From: Candidatus Eiseniibacteriota bacterium
Lineage (GTDB): Bacteria > Eisenbacteria > RBG-16-71-46
Length of the DNA: 64,000 bases
Assembly (NCBI GenBank): GCA_031370785.1
Contig: JANMQY010000090.1
Span: forward strand, 8,915 to 72,914
Direction of reading: 5' to 3'
The notes beneath the pieces were generated by a model. It had not been told where the DNA came from. It worked only from the letters and a program-made list of their open reading frames with translations, and made no database searches. Made by a program: the position numbers and the translations under genes. This document shows, one piece after another, positions 1 through 8,563 of this stretch; the first letter of the stretch is position 1, and the number at the start of each line of letters is the position of its first letter.

Positions 1-19
1 CCAGAAGGACAGACCAGCC

Positions 20-1021
20 ATGAGCTTTCCCGTTCACCGCGGTCGCCGTCTGCGCCGCAGCGCAGGCCTAAGGGCGATGGCGCAGGAAGTCCACATCGTT
101 CCGGCGCAACTCGTCGCTCCTCTCTTCGTGCACGAGGGCGATATCGCGCGGCAGCCCATTGCATCGCTTCCCGGCCATGCGCGGCTCACGCCCGATGCCG
201 CGGCGGACGAGGCGGCTGCGCTGGCGTCCCTGGGTATCGGCTCGGTGCTGCTATTTGGCATTCCGCGTACGAAAACGTCGGACGGCAGCGCTGCGTGGCT
301 CGACGACGGCATCGTTCCGCGCGCCATTCGCGCCATCAAGCGCCGAGTACCGGCAATGGTGGTGTGGGCGGACGTGTGCCTGTGCGAGTACACCGACCAC
401 GGGCACTGCGGCGTCTTCCATGACGGGGAAGTCGACAATGACGCGACATTGCCTTTGCTTGCCCGCGCTGCGGTCGCCTATGCACGCGCCGGCGCAGACG
501 TGGTTGCGCCCTCCGACATGATGGACGGCAGAGTGGCCGCGATCCGAACCGGACTGAACCAGGCGAAATTCGCCGGCACGGCGATCGTGTCCTACGCCGT
601 CAAGTACGCCTCCGCGTTCTATGGTCCATTCCGCGAAGCCGCCGGATCGACTCCGCAACACGGCGACCGGCGGGGCTACCAGATGGATCCGCCCAATGTG
701 CGCGAAGCGATACGCGAGGCGACGGCCGATGTCGAGGAGGGCGCCGACGCGCTGATCGTAAAACCCGCCATGCCCTATCTCGACGTGTTGCGTGCCGTGC
801 GCGACGCGGTCAACGTGCCGATCGCGGCGTATCAGGTCTCGGGGGAGTATTCGATGATCCACGCCGCCGCCGAGCGCGGCTGGCTCGATCCCGAGCGCGC
901 GATGTGGGAAACAACACTGGGAATCCGCCGCGCGGGAGCGGACCTCGTGATCAGCTACTTCGCGCGGGCGCTCGCCGAGCGCATGAGCGAGCGCGGCGCG
1001 GTCGCCGAGGCCCGGCGATGA
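20..1021 (+). CDS. hemB: Porphobilinogen synthase (delta-aminolevulinic acid dehydratase)
   Basis: 333-aa ORF with typical HemB motifs ([19 protein letters not shown], active-site region around the Cys cluster [12 protein letters not shown]). The stop overlaps the hemL start. Confidence 0.9.
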   Translation: MSFPVHRGRRLRRSAGLRAMAQEVHIVPAQLVAPLFVHEGDIARQPIASLPGHARLTPDAAADEAAALASLGIGSVLLFGIPRTKTSDGSAAWLDDGIVPRAIRAIKRRVPAMVVWADVCLCEYTDHGHCGVFHDGEVDNDATLPLLARAAVAYARAGADVVAPSDMMDGRVAAIRTGLNQAKFAGTAIVSYAVKYASAFYGPFREAAGSTPQHGDRRGYQMDPPNVREAIREATADVEEGADALIVKPAMPYLDVLRAVRDAVNVPIAAYQVSGEYSMIHAAAERGWLDPERAMWETTLGIRRAGADLVISYFARALAERMSERGAVAEARR

Positions 1022-2331
1022 TGTTGCGCGCGACCAGGGTCGCGGGGGCAACTCACGCGGCGCTCTTCGAGCGCGCAGCGCGCGTCACCCCCGGCGGCGT
1101 CCACTCGCCGGTCCGTGCGTTCCGCGCCGTGGGCGCGCCGCCGATCGCACTGGTCCGAGCCGCGGGCGCCCGTGTGTGGGACGCCGAGGGCCGTGAGTAC
1201 GTGGACTGGATCGGCGCATGGGGGCCCGCGTTGCTCGGCCATGCCCATCCCGGCGTGACAGCCGCCGTGCGTGCCGCTGCGGAGCGCGGACTCCTGTTCG
1301 GCCTTGCGTCTCCGGGCGAAGTCGTCCTCGCCGAGCGCGTCACCGCGCGCACCCCGGGCTGCGAGATGGTGCGGTTTGTCGCCACCGGGACCGAGGCGGC
1401 GATGAGCGCGGTGCGCATTGCGCGCGCCGCGACCGGACGAGAGGCGATCCTCAAGTTTGCCGGGTGCTATCACGGCCATGGCGACGCGTTTCTCATCTGC
1501 GCTGGTTCGGGAGCGGCGACGTTCGGCGTGCCAGATTCCCCTGGTGTCACCCGGTCGGTCGCACATGACACGCTCGTCGCGCGTTATGGCGACATCGACG
1601 ATGTGGACCGGTGTCTGCGAGAGGCGAACGGCACGGTCGCGGCCATGATCGTCGAACCGGTGGCGGGAAACATGGGGTGCGTTCCACCGCCGCCGGGATT
1701 CCTTGCGGCTTTGCGCGAGCGCTGCGACCGGGCAGGTGCAGTACTCATATTCGACGAAGTGATCAGCGGCCTTCGTCTGGGCCCTGGCGGCGCCGCGGAA
1801 CGTTTCGGCGTCAAACCGGACCTGATTCTGCTGGGCAAGGTGCTGGGCGGTGGCATGCCGCTCGCCGCCTTTGGCGGAAGGCGCGCGCTGATGGAGCGCG
1901 TGGCCCCCTCGGGTCCGGTCTACCAGGCGGGCACCTATGCGGCGCATCCACTATCGGTGGCCGCGGGCCTCGCGGTGCTCGACGCACTGGACGCCGACCC
2001 GGGCCTGTACGCGCGACTCGAAGCGGCCGGAGAGCGAATTGCTCAGGCGCTGAACGAGGCCGCGGTGCGCGCGCGTGTGCCGCTCCAGGTGCAACGCGTC
2101 GGCTCGATGTGGACGCCGTTCTTCAGCTCCACCCCGGTGCGGTCATGGGACGACGCAAAGGCGGTCGATACCCGGTGTCACGCAGCATTCTTCCGCGGCA
2201 TGCTCAGCCGCGGCATCCTGCTCCCGCCTTCGGCATTCGAGTGCGCGTTCCTGTCCGCCGCGCACGGCGAAGCGGAACTCTCACGAACTCTCGAGGCCGC
2301 CCGCGCCGCGCTTGCGGAGGTGGACGCGTGA
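1018..2331 (+). CDS. hemL: Glutamate-1-semialdehyde 2,1-aminomutase
   Basis: The ORF-track frame 904..2331 carries an N-terminal extension. I take the start at ATGATG 1018, which overlaps the hemB stop. Translation [35 protein letters not shown]...[17 protein letters not shown] is a class-III aminotransferase; the PLP-lysine region [15 protein letters not shown] is present. Confidence 0.9.
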   Translation: MMLRATRVAGATHAALFERAARVTPGGVHSPVRAFRAVGAPPIALVRAAGARVWDAEGREYVDWIGAWGPALLGHAHPGVTAAVRAAAERGLLFGLASPGEVVLAERVTARTPGCEMVRFVATGTEAAMSAVRIARAATGREAILKFAGCYHGHGDAFLICAGSGAATFGVPDSPGVTRSVAHDTLVARYGDIDDVDRCLREANGTVAAMIVEPVAGNMGCVPPPPGFLAALRERCDRAGAVLIFDEVISGLRLGPGGAAERFGVKPDLILLGKVLGGGMPLAAFGGRRALMERVAPSGPVYQAGTYAAHPLSVAAGLAVLDALDADPGLYARLEAAGERIAQALNEAAVRARVPLQVQRVGSMWTPFFSSTPVRSWDDAKAVDTRCHAAFFRGMLSRGILLPPSAFECAFLSAAHGEAELSRTLEAARAALAEVDA

Positions 2332-3356
2332 ACGATCGCTTTCTGCGCGCCTGCCGGCGTGAGCCCGTGGATCATCCGCCACTCTGGATCATGCGGCAGG
2401 CGGGGCGCTACCTGCCGGAGTATCGAGAGCTGCGCGCGCGAGTCGACTTCCTCACGCTGTGTAGGACTCCCGAGCTTGCGGTGGAGGCGAGCCTGCAGCC
2501 CATCCGCCGATTTGGGCTCGACGCGGCGATCATTTTCTCGGACATCCTGCTGCCGCTCGAAGCGCTCGGGGTGGAGCTCGCGTTCGATCCAGGTCCGCGC
2601 CTTTCACGCGCGGTGCGAGATCGAGCTGGCGTCGAGGCGCTGCTGCGGCGGCCGATCGGGGAGGTGACGCCGTACGTCGGGGAGGCCGTGGCGCTGTTGC
2701 GACGCGAGCTCGACGGACGCGTCCCTGTGATCGGCTTCTGCGGCGCGCCGTTCACGCTCGCCGCCTATCTCGCCGAAGGCGAAAGTCGCGGCGGCTTCGG
2801 CGCGGTCAAGGCCATGATGTATCGCGAACCCGATACGCTGACGCGGCTGCTCGATCTGCTCGCGGACCTGCTCGCGGATTCGCTCAACTTGCAGATCCGT
2901 TCAGGCGCCCAGGCGGTGCAGATCTTCGACTCGTGGGCGGGCATCCTGAGTCCCGCCGACTATCGTGCGTTCGCGCTACCGGCCGTTCAGCGCGTCGTGC
3001 GCGGGCTGAAGCGCGAAGGCGTGCCGGTGATCTACTTCGCGCTGGACGCCGGACACGTGCTCGAGGATGCCGCCTCGACGGGAGCCGACGTGCTCGGCGT
3101 GTGCTGGCGCACGCCACTCGACGAGGCGCGCCGCCGCACCGGGGGACGGGTGGCTCTTCAGGGCAATCTGGATCCGCATGCGCTCTTCGGCTCACCCGAC
3201 ACCGTTCGTCGGCGTGCGCTCGAGGTGCTCGACGCGGCGGGCGAGGTGCCCGGACACATCATGAATCTCGGCCACGGGATTCTTCCCGAGACTCCGATCG
3301 AGTCGGTGGAAGCGCTGGTCGAGTCGGTGGCGTCTCGCGCGGGACGTGTGGCATGA
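2328..3356 (+). CDS. hemE: Uroporphyrinogen decarboxylase
   Basis: GTG start at 2328 overlaps the hemL stop (GTGA). [36 protein letters not shown]...IIFSDILLPLEALG is canonical HemE. The ORF-track entry 1611..3356 is an upstream frame extension. Confidence 0.9.
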   Translation: MNDRFLRACRREPVDHPPLWIMRQAGRYLPEYRELRARVDFLTLCRTPELAVEASLQPIRRFGLDAAIIFSDILLPLEALGVELAFDPGPRLSRAVRDRAGVEALLRRPIGEVTPYVGEAVALLRRELDGRVPVIGFCGAPFTLAAYLAEGESRGGFGAVKAMMYREPDTLTRLLDLLADLLADSLNLQIRSGAQAVQIFDSWAGILSPADYRAFALPAVQRVVRGLKREGVPVIYFALDAGHVLEDAASTGADVLGVCWRTPLDEARRRTGGRVALQGNLDPHALFGSPDTVRRRALEVLDAAGEVPGHIMNLGHGILPETPIESVEALVESVASRAGRVA

Positions 3357-4756
3357 GCTCCCGGACCCCCGAGCTTCGCACCGAGGAACTGCTCCGACGT
3401 TACGACCGGCCGGGCCCACGCTACACCTCGTACCCGACGGCAAACGAGTTTCACGATGGCTTCACCGAGACGCACTATCGCGAGCGACTGGAGCAGGCGG
3501 ACGCCAAGGCCGGCGCGCCGCTCTCGCTCTACGCGCACCTTCCATTCTGCGAGGAGCGATGTCTTTACTGTGCGTGTAACGTGATCATCACGCCGCACCG
3601 CGAAGTGGCCACGCCATATCTCGACCATCTGCTTCTGGAGATTGATCTGCTCGCGCGTCAGTTGCCGAACCGGCGACGAGTCTCGCAGATGCACTGGGGT
3701 GGCGGCACGCCCACGTATTACGCGCCCGCCGAACTGGAGCGCCTGTTCCGCGCGTTCGCCGATCGCTTCACGTTCACACCCGACGCCGAGATTGGTATCG
3801 AGGTGGACCCGCGCGTGACGACGCCCGGGCACGTCCGGGCGCTCCGCCAGCTGGGCTTCAACCGCATCTCGATGGGCGTCCAGGATTTCGCACCCGAGGT
3901 GCAGAAGGCGGTTCATCGGGAGCAGAGCTTTCAGCTCACACGCTCACTAGTGGACCTCGCTCGCGCGGAGGGCTACAGGTCGGTCAATCTCGATCTCATC
4001 TATGGCCTGCCCTACCAGACCATCGCAGGCTTTACGCGAACGTTAAACCAGGTTCTCACCATCCGCCCGGATCGTGTGGCGGTGTACTCGTTTGCCTACG
4101 TGCCCTGGATCAAGGCGCACATGAAGCACCTGCCCGAGGCCTCGCTCCCCGACGCGTCGCTCAAACTGCAGCTGCTGGGTGTCACCATCGACGCGTTCAC
4201 GGGCGCCGGTTATCGGCAGATCGGGATGGATCACTTCGCGCTTCCGGATGACGAACTCTCGCGCGCGGTGGAATCGCGCACGTTGCACCGGAACTTCATG
4301 GGCTACACCGTGCAGAGCACTCGCGACATGCTGGGCGTCGGAATCTCGTCCATTGGCGACGTGCAGGGCGCGTTCGTTCAGAACGTGAAGAAGTTGCCGA
4401 CATACTACGAGGCATTGAAGGCCGGGCGCTTTCCGGTGGAGCGAGGCTACGCCCTCGATGAGGACGATGTCGTGCGCCGCCACATCATCACGCAGCTGAT
4501 GTGCAACTTTCATCTCGACGTGCGAGAGGTCGAGGACCTGTTCGATCTCGATTTCTCCGAGGCATTCGCGACCGAGCTGGCCGAGCTGAGCGGCCCGGAT
4601 TCTCCAGTCGGCCACGGACTGTTACGGATCACCCCCGATGCCCTGGAAGTCACTCTCGCCGGACGACTCTTCATCCGTAACGTGTGCATGGTGTTCGATC
4701 GCTACCTGCGCGCCAAGATCGGTCAGGGAAAGCCGATCTTCAGCCGAACGGTGTGA
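3353..4756 (+). CDS. hemN: Oxygen-independent coproporphyrinogen III oxidase (radical SAM)
   Basis: ATG 3353 overlaps the hemE stop (ATGA). PRYTSYPTANEF...LSLYAHLPFCEERCLYCACN...HWGGGTPTY aligns over its length to E. coli HemN, including the N-terminal extension that HemW lacks. About 467 aa. Confidence 0.9.
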   Translation: MSSRTPELRTEELLRRYDRPGPRYTSYPTANEFHDGFTETHYRERLEQADAKAGAPLSLYAHLPFCEERCLYCACNVIITPHREVATPYLDHLLLEIDLLARQLPNRRRVSQMHWGGGTPTYYAPAELERLFRAFADRFTFTPDAEIGIEVDPRVTTPGHVRALRQLGFNRISMGVQDFAPEVQKAVHREQSFQLTRSLVDLARAEGYRSVNLDLIYGLPYQTIAGFTRTLNQVLTIRPDRVAVYSFAYVPWIKAHMKHLPEASLPDASLKLQLLGVTIDAFTGAGYRQIGMDHFALPDDELSRAVESRTLHRNFMGYTVQSTRDMLGVGISSIGDVQGAFVQNVKKLPTYYEALKAGRFPVERGYALDEDDVVRRHIITQLMCNFHLDVREVEDLFDLDFSEAFATELAELSGPDSPVGHGLLRITPDALEVTLAGRLFIRNVCMVFDRYLRAKIGQGKPIFSRTV

Positions 4757-4760
4757 AGCG

Positions 4761-6173
4761 ATGAAAGTGGTCGTCCTCGGTGGTGGCATCACGGGGTTGA
4801 GCGCCGCTTTCCATATTCAGGAACACGCGCGTCGGACGGGTGCCGCAGTCGAGCTCACGGTGCTCGAGGGCGAGGAGCACGCGGGCGGCCACGTCCGGAC
4901 GCTGCGCGACTCGGATTTCATCGTGGAGACTGGGCCCAACGGATTCCTCGATCGCGAGCGTGAATCTCATGCGCGGGATCTGGTGCACCAGTTGGGACTT
5001 GGCCTGCACCTGCGCGAGTCGCGACCTGCGGCTCGTCGCCGCTTCGTATTTCATCGCGGGCGTCTGCGCCTCGTGCCGACTTCGCCGCTGTCCGTTCTCT
5101 GGTCCGATGCGCTCTCGATCCCGGCCAGGCTGCGGCTGCTGCTCGAGCCCTGGGCTCGCTCAGCCCCACAAGGCGTCGATGAGAGCGTCTTCGACTTTGC
5201 CAGGCGCCGGCTCGGTCGCGAGCCGGCCGAGGTACTTGTCGACACCGCGGTTTCCGGCATTTCAGCCGGGGACAGCCGGCGTCTTTCGCTGGCATCAGCG
5301 TTTCCGCTCATGTTGGAAATGGAGCGCGAGAGCGGTGGCCTGATCCGGGCGATGGTCGCGCGGCATCGGCAGCGTCCCGCACAGCTCGTGACGTTGGAAG
5401 GAGGCATGCAGACGCTGATCGACGAGTTGAGCGCACGCCTGGGTGACAGGCTGCGCACTGGATGCGCCGTCAGCGCCATCGGGCGCATCGCCAATCAGTG
5501 GAGCCTCAGGCTTGTGGACGGCGGCCGTCTCGAAGCCGATCGCCTCGTCCTCGCAATCCCGGCTGCGCGCGCAGCGACACTGGTCGAAGCCTTCGATCCC
5601 GCGCTTGCCCGAGCCCTGGGCGCGATTCCCTTTGCCGGGCTCGCAATGGTGGCGCTTGCATTCCGTCAGGCCGACGCGGGTCCGCTCGATGGCTATGGCT
5701 ATCTCGTCCCGCGCAGCGAAGACTTCGAGACACTCGGCGTCGTCTGGGAGTCCTCGCTGTTCGAAGGCCGCGCGCCTCGTGGCACCGTTCTGCTGCGCGC
5801 CATGCTCGGGGGCGCGCTTCGGCCCGAGGTCGTCGAGCGTTCGGAGTCCGCATTGATCGAGTGCGCGCGCCGCGAGATCGCGAAAGTGATGGGAGTCTCG
5901 ACGGCTCCACTCAAGACCTGGGTCCGGCGCTTTCCCGGTGCGATCGCCCAGTATGAGCTTGGCCACGCGGCACGCATCGAGCGGGTGCGCGCGCTGGCTG
6001 CGGCGCATCCGCATCTGGTGCTGTGCGGCACATCTTATGATGGCGTGTCATTCAACAGCGCCGTGGCCTCCGCCGTGAATGCCGTCCGCAGCATCATGCA
6101 GGGGCCGCTTCATCCAACTGTTGGATATGCGCGCGAGGAGCCGCCACATGTCGCGTCATTCGACAGCAGGTGA
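4761..6173 (+). CDS. hemY: Protoporphyrinogen/coproporphyrinogen oxidase (HemY/CgoX family, FAD)
   Basis: MKVVVLGGGITGLSAAFHI...VETGPNGFLDRE shows a Rossmann FAD motif and HemY-family signature. About 470 aa. ATG lies 5 nt after the hemN stop. Confidence 0.8.
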   Translation: MKVVVLGGGITGLSAAFHIQEHARRTGAAVELTVLEGEEHAGGHVRTLRDSDFIVETGPNGFLDRERESHARDLVHQLGLGLHLRESRPAARRRFVFHRGRLRLVPTSPLSVLWSDALSIPARLRLLLEPWARSAPQGVDESVFDFARRRLGREPAEVLVDTAVSGISAGDSRRLSLASAFPLMLEMERESGGLIRAMVARHRQRPAQLVTLEGGMQTLIDELSARLGDRLRTGCAVSAIGRIANQWSLRLVDGGRLEADRLVLAIPAARAATLVEAFDPALARALGAIPFAGLAMVALAFRQADAGPLDGYGYLVPRSEDFETLGVVWESSLFEGRAPRGTVLLRAMLGGALRPEVVERSESALIECARREIAKVMGVSTAPLKTWVRRFPGAIAQYELGHAARIERVRALAAAHPHLVLCGTSYDGVSFNSAVASAVNAVRSIMQGPLHPTVGYAREEPPHVASFDSR

Positions 6174-6177
6174 GCGC

Positions 6178-7173
6178 ATGACGACGCGCCACGTAGTCCT
6201 TCTGACCTACGGCGAGCCACCGACACCATCGTTCCTGGAGCAGCTGCGCTATTCGTGGCGCATCCTGCTCGGGCTCACGCGATCGGTGGCTCCGATTCCT
6301 CTTGCACTGCTTCCCATCGTCGCCCTGTCGCGCGCGCGGTTCCGTCGGCAGCTCTGGAGCAGGGAACGCTACGGCTCCCCGCTCGAGCGCATCACGTGCG
6401 ATCAGGCCGAGGGCGTTCGACTAGCGCTCGTGACACGATCGCCGGATGTGATGTGGAAGTTGCACGTGGCCTATGAGTTTCGGGATCCATTGCTCATCCC
6501 GAAGCTCGAGTCTCTGCCTTCGAACGCAGCCATCGACATCGTGCCCATGTACGTCGCGGATTCGGCGTTCACGCATGAAATCTCCCGCCGAACGATCGGG
6601 GAATGGAAGCGCCTGGCGCAGGGCCGATCCGGGCCCGTTCGGGTGCTCCCAGCCCTCGATGAGGACGCCCTCGTCGAAGCATCCGCTCGTCACATCGAGC
6701 GACAGCTGGATGCGCGAGGCATCCGCGGACGCGAATGGGCGTTGGTACTGGCGGCGCATGGCACGTTGCTCGATCCTCCGCGCCCCATGGAGACCGGTCG
6801 CGCGGCCACCGAACGTATCTGTCACGGCATCGCGCGGCGCCTCGAGGATCGATTCGGCACCATTGCGAACGGGTGGCTCAACCACGTGTACGGAGGACGA
6901 TGGACCGTGCCTCCCGTCGAGGAGGCGCTGCAGCGGGTCGCCGGCGCTGGCTACCGGCGAGTGGTCTACTACCCGTTCGGATTCCTCGCAGACAATGCGG
7001 AAAGCGAGCTCGAAGGACGGATCGCCCTGAGGACGCAGCCCTGCCTCGAGGCGATCCACCTGCCGTGCCTCAATGCCGATCCGGATTTCCTGGATATGCT
7101 TGCTGCGCACATCGCTGACTCGGTTGACTCACTCGAACGCCGGGTCCCCGACCCAACGCTGAGGTTTTCATGA
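6178..7173 (+). CDS. hemH: Ferrochelatase-like class II chelatase (divergent)
   Basis: N-terminal VVLLTYGEPPTPS resembles HemH VLLVNLGTP. VLAAHGTLL resembles SAHGLP. C-terminal YYPFGFLADNAESELEG resembles PxGFvsDhlETLeE. An AGGTGA RBS precedes ATG 6178. Sequence is divergent and CbiX/SirB cannot be fully excluded. Confidence 0.6.
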   Translation: MTTRHVVLLTYGEPPTPSFLEQLRYSWRILLGLTRSVAPIPLALLPIVALSRARFRRQLWSRERYGSPLERITCDQAEGVRLALVTRSPDVMWKLHVAYEFRDPLLIPKLESLPSNAAIDIVPMYVADSAFTHEISRRTIGEWKRLAQGRSGPVRVLPALDEDALVEASARHIERQLDARGIRGREWALVLAAHGTLLDPPRPMETGRAATERICHGIARRLEDRFGTIANGWLNHVYGGRWTVPPVEEALQRVAGAGYRRVVYYPFGFLADNAESELEGRIALRTQPCLEAIHLPCLNADPDFLDMLAAHIADSVDSLERRVPDPTLRFS

Positions 7174-7688
7174 ATCGAACGGTCGTGGACGAAAACGCCA
7201 AGGCACTGGCTTTCCTGCGCATCTGCGTGGGCGTTCTCTTCCTGCTCTTTGGTCAGTACAAGGTATTCGGCACGCAGTTCACGCTTGGCGGTGGCTTTCA
7301 GCACTGGATCGGTCGTTTTCTCGAAGACGGTGCCTATCCTTTCATGGTGCCGATCCTGCGCGGGTTCGTACTGCCGCATGGAACTACAATCGCGTTTCTC
7401 GTGGCGTACGGCGAGCTGGCCATCGGCCTCGCGCTAGTGCTCGGGTTGCTCGTGCGTATGGCGAGCGCGAGTGGCTGCGCTTACATGCTGGCGCTGCTCT
7501 TTTCAGCCAACTACCCCGGCCCCCACGCTCGGCTCTGGCAATACTTCGGCGCCTCCCTTGATCACCTGGTGCTGGCGCTCTGCTTTGTCGCGCTCGGGAT
7601 CGGGCAGGCCGAGAGGATCTGGTCCGTGAGCGCCTGGGCCTCCCGTCCGCAGCCGACGATCGAGATTGTTCGGCGAGTTGGCCCGTGA
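7170..7688 (+). CDS. DoxX family membrane protein
   Basis: 172 aa with 4 predicted TM helices and the DoxX-like pattern (CVGVLFLLFGQYK...). ATG overlaps the hemH stop (ATGA) and a GAGG RBS is present. Confidence 0.7.
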   Translation: MNRTVVDENAKALAFLRICVGVLFLLFGQYKVFGTQFTLGGGFQHWIGRFLEDGAYPFMVPILRGFVLPHGTTIAFLVAYGELAIGLALVLGLLVRMASASGCAYMLALLFSANYPGPHARLWQYFGASLDHLVLALCFVALGIGQAERIWSVSAWASRPQPTIEIVRRVGP

Positions 7689-7843
7689 CATCGTTCAGAC
7701 TGCAGGTCAACGGGTTCAGCGGCGCTCGAGAGACGCAAAACCCAGATTGTTGAGCACGCCCTCGTCCACCACCATGAGCGAATCGGGAGTGCGTGCACTC
7801 AGTTGGCGATACTCCTTCGCCACGGTCGCGAAGCTCGCGATGC

Positions 7844-8170
7844 TCACGCGGCGTGCCAGCGAGTCGGCGGCAGCCGAGCCGTGCATGAGAACGGAAACTC
7901 AACATCGCGAGTCACCCCGTGAATCGTGAGCGAGCCACGCATGCGGTAGCCGTCGCCACTTTTGACGATCGATTTGCTGCGAAAGAGTGCGGTCGGGAAT
8001 TCCTCGACCTCGGACGCGGATCTCTCGGAAGGCGTGCGCAAGGTCGCAGCAATGCGAAGCGCTGATCCGGGCACGTCGCGCACCGTCGCGCGCGTCGCGA
8101 ATGCAGAAGATTCGATAACAAGCACAATTCGAGCACAATCGGCGGCTGATAGCGCTGATGCGCGACGCAT
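7844..8170 (-). pseudogene. YceI-like polyisoprenoid-binding protein fragment (N- and C-terminally truncated)
   Basis: A 108-aa minus-strand ORF contains the YceI core motif ...SKSIVKSGDGYRMRGSLTIHGVTRDVEF. It covers only the central part of an approximately 190-aa YceI. There is no signal peptide and no RBS, it abuts tRNA-Leu, and it sits in a lower-GC stretch. Confidence 0.3.
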
Positions 8171-8195
8171 ACCGAAGCCGTAACTGTTTGCGAGA

Positions 8196-8284
8196 TTGGT
8201 GCCGAAGGTGGGGGTCGAACCCACACGAGGTTTGAGCCTCACGGGATTTTGAGTCCCGCGCGTCTGCCAGTTCCGCCACTTCGG
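8196..8284 (-). tRNA. tRNA-Leu (anticodon CAA)
   Basis: The reverse complement folds as a class II tRNA: acceptor GCCGAAG/CUUCGGC, anticodon stem CGGGA/UCCCG with loop CUCAAAA, a long variable arm with GAGG/CCUC stem, T-loop UUCGACC, and encoded 3' ACCA. Confidence 0.85.
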
Positions 8285-8563
8285 CGAGCGGGAGTCGAAA
8301 CTAGCAAGAAGGTTGGACCCCAGCAAACCCACCGCGCTTCTCACTCGGGGCGACGTTCGTCTACGAGCTCGGGACGTAGAAGATTCCCCATCGTGTACCT
8401 GCGAGGCTAGGCTCCTTCTCCGCCGCTCCTCAAGTGCTTTTCTGCTAGTGTCGCGCGCTGTTCTCGCTCGACGAGGAGGTGCCGTGATGTGTCCCGCACA
8501 GAATGACCTGAGCGACCGTGCCCTAGGACCTCCACGGTTCCCGAATCCCTGGAGCCCGACGCC

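Noticed and set aside
904-1017. N-terminal extension of hemL overlapping the 3' end of hemB (ORF-track start 904)
   Set aside because: The HemL homology begins at the ATGATG at 1018. The upstream codons overlap the hemB C-terminus in another frame and encode Gly/Arg-rich low complexity.
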